Origin: Blepharisma stoltei ATCC 30299
Taxonomy: Eukaryota > Protista > Ciliophora
NCBI GenBank assembly: GCA_965603825.1
Contig: CBFDEM010000027.1
Coordinates: 558,001-622,000, forward strand
DNA length: 64,000 nucleotides
Direction of reading: 5' to 3'
The position numbers and the translations under genes are program-made. The notes under the pieces are model-generated. The model ran no database searches and was not told the DNA's origin. It worked only from the letters and a program-made list of their open reading frames with translations. Below are positions 62,547-64,000 of this stretch, piece after piece (within the stretch, counting starts at the first letter, position 1; each line of letters starts with the position of its first letter).

Positions 62547-64000
62547 ATGGAGCAATCGAATATTTTCGAAGGCAAAGGGCCACGCATCATATTCGTTACT
62601 GGAGGTCCAGGAACTGGCAAAGGAACCCAATGTGCCGTTCTTGTTGAAGAATATGGCTTTATGCACATCTCAATAGGAGATCTTATGAGACATGAAATCA
62701 GAAGTGGAAGCGAAGAAGGCCAAAACATCAAAGCAATTGTGCAGAGCGGAAATTTAGTCCCAAAAGAACTCACTGTAACGTTACTAATGAAAGCTTTAAA
62801 ATCTACAAGCGCCCATACAGTGCTGATTGATGGGTTTCCCAGATCGGTGGATCAGGCAGTTTACTTGGAACAAATGGGCTTAAAAATCAATTACCTGCTG
62901 CATTTTGATACAAATAAAGAAGACGTGCTGCTAAATAGACTGATTGAGAGAGGAAAAACAAGTGGGAGAGCTGATGACAATGAAGAGACTATCGTTAAAA
63001 GATTTAGAGTTTATAAAGCAGAGTCATTACCTGTGCTGCAGTTATATGAACCTTTTGGAATTGTGAGGAAAGTTGATTGCTTAGCGACAATCCCTGAAGT
63101 GTTTCATAGGGCTGTGTGCACCTTAAGGCCTGAACTTTTATTTGTAGCTGGTTCTAAGTTTTCAGGAAAAACCACCTTAAGCAAGATTTTAGCTGAAAGG
63201 TACTATTACTACTATATGTCATTGGACAGTATTTTAGTAATCAAAAGAGAAGGGCAAAAAGTGAAAATAACTGATGATGAAGAAATTGCTAGAAGGCTTG
63301 CAAAAAAATTACAGAAATTAAAACACCATACACGAGTACTAGTTGATGGGTTTCCGAAGAATTTAGCACAGGCTCAGCTGTTTGAAGGACTATTAGGAGC
63401 GCCTAATAAAGTGATTTATTTACATTGTCCAAGAGATATGTGTCAAAACAGACAGTTAAGTTTAGGGAAAAAATCAGAAAATTATATTTCGTCAACCCAA
63501 TTCAGCCAGCTCTATAACCAATCAATTTTTGGAAGTGCTGAGCTAATCGCTTATTATAAAAAGACAACACTTTTGCACGAACTAGACTCTGGGGTAGACT
63601 TAGAACATTTGAGGCTGAGAGCTGGAGATGCAATAGAGCCAGAAGTTGTGATGGTGAGAGGCGAAATTAAATTCCCATTTTTGAAGTACCTTGAAAATTC
63701 AGGCTATAAACTTGTCAATGCAACCAATTTAATGGATTTATGGAAAAATGCGAGGGGATTGTCAAGAGCTCAATATGAAACTGATTTCGATGACCCAGAA
63801 ACCATTGATGTCTTGCTCAATATGATATACTCTGGCAACGCAACCCTTAAATTTGCACTATATAACTTTGCAGTAAAAAATTTGAATTTAATAAGCGAAT
63901 TCGAAAAAAGGGTCTGCAAAATCCGGAAAATTTATTACATACATACAAATTCATGGCCCAATATTGCTGATCCTGTCTCAGAATATTATTATACCACAGG
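62547..64000 (+). CDS. Tandem-domain adenylate kinase (runs off the window)
   Basis: GGPGTGKGTQC, HISIGDL.R, GNLVP, LIDGFPR, GRADDNEETI; second domain GSKFSGKTT..VDGFPK..QA. Confidence 0.9.
   Translation, partial: MEQSNIFEGKGPRIIFVTGGPGTGKGTQCAVLVEEYGFMHISIGDLMRHEIRSGSEEGQNIKAIVQSGNLVPKELTVTLLMKALKSTSAHTVLIDGFPRSVDQAVYLEQMGLKINYLLHFDTNKEDVLLNRLIERGKTSGRADDNEETIVKRFRVYKAESLPVLQLYEPFGIVRKVDCLATIPEVFHRAVCTLRPELLFVAGSKFSGKTTLSKILAERYYYYYMSLDSILVIKREGQKVKITDDEEIARRLAKKLQKLKHHTRVLVDGFPKNLAQAQLFEGLLGAPNKVIYLHCPRDMCQNRQLSLGKKSENYISSTQFSQLYNQSIFGSAELIAYYKKTTLLHELDSGVDLEHLRLRAGDAIEPEVVMVRGEIKFPFLKYLENSGYKLVNATNLMDLWKNARGLSRAQYETDFDDPETIDVLLNMIYSGNATLKFALYNFAVKNLNLISEFEKRVCKIRKIYYIHTNSWPNIADPVSEYYYTT

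Noticed and set aside
1-64000. Widespread pseudogenisation or selenocysteine as the cause of in-frame TGAs
   Set aside because: TGAs align to conserved Trp, not Cys, and flanking frames are intact.
1-64000. Telomeric repeats, transposases, tRNA/rRNA, CRISPR
   Set aside because: None recognised by eye; a covariance-model scan would be needed to exclude small ncRNAs.

Overview
Gene-dense, AT-rich eukaryotic DNA with the signature of a heterotrich ciliate macronuclear chromosome, most consistent with Blepharisma or a relative. TGA is read as Trp: it sits in frame at invariant Trp positions of alpha-tubulin, ODC, WIPI, PHD, START, Kelch and Rab32 proteins, and every gene end I could trace is TAA or TAG. 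About 20 tiny 15-16 nt spliceosomal introns (GT..A..AG) interrupt genes. The supplied ORF track is therefore fragmented; re-reading with TGA=W and tiny introns gives about 38 genes. Most notable: (i) three tandem divergent alpha-tubulin genes that all have GTG/CTG instead of ATG at codon 1; (ii) a Kelch-repeat protein whose C-terminus looks like a degenerate MORC (GHKL+S5) ATPase; (iii) a highly divergent F1-ATPase alpha paralogue; (iv) an Atg18/WIPI gene with a C-terminal Atg8-interacting motif lying directly upstream of an Atg8 gene; (v) an ornithine-decarboxylase homologue with active-site substitutions next to its pseudogene copy. No rRNA, tRNA, CRISPR, telomere or transposase was recognised. 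All family calls are from motif recognition by eye, not database searches.
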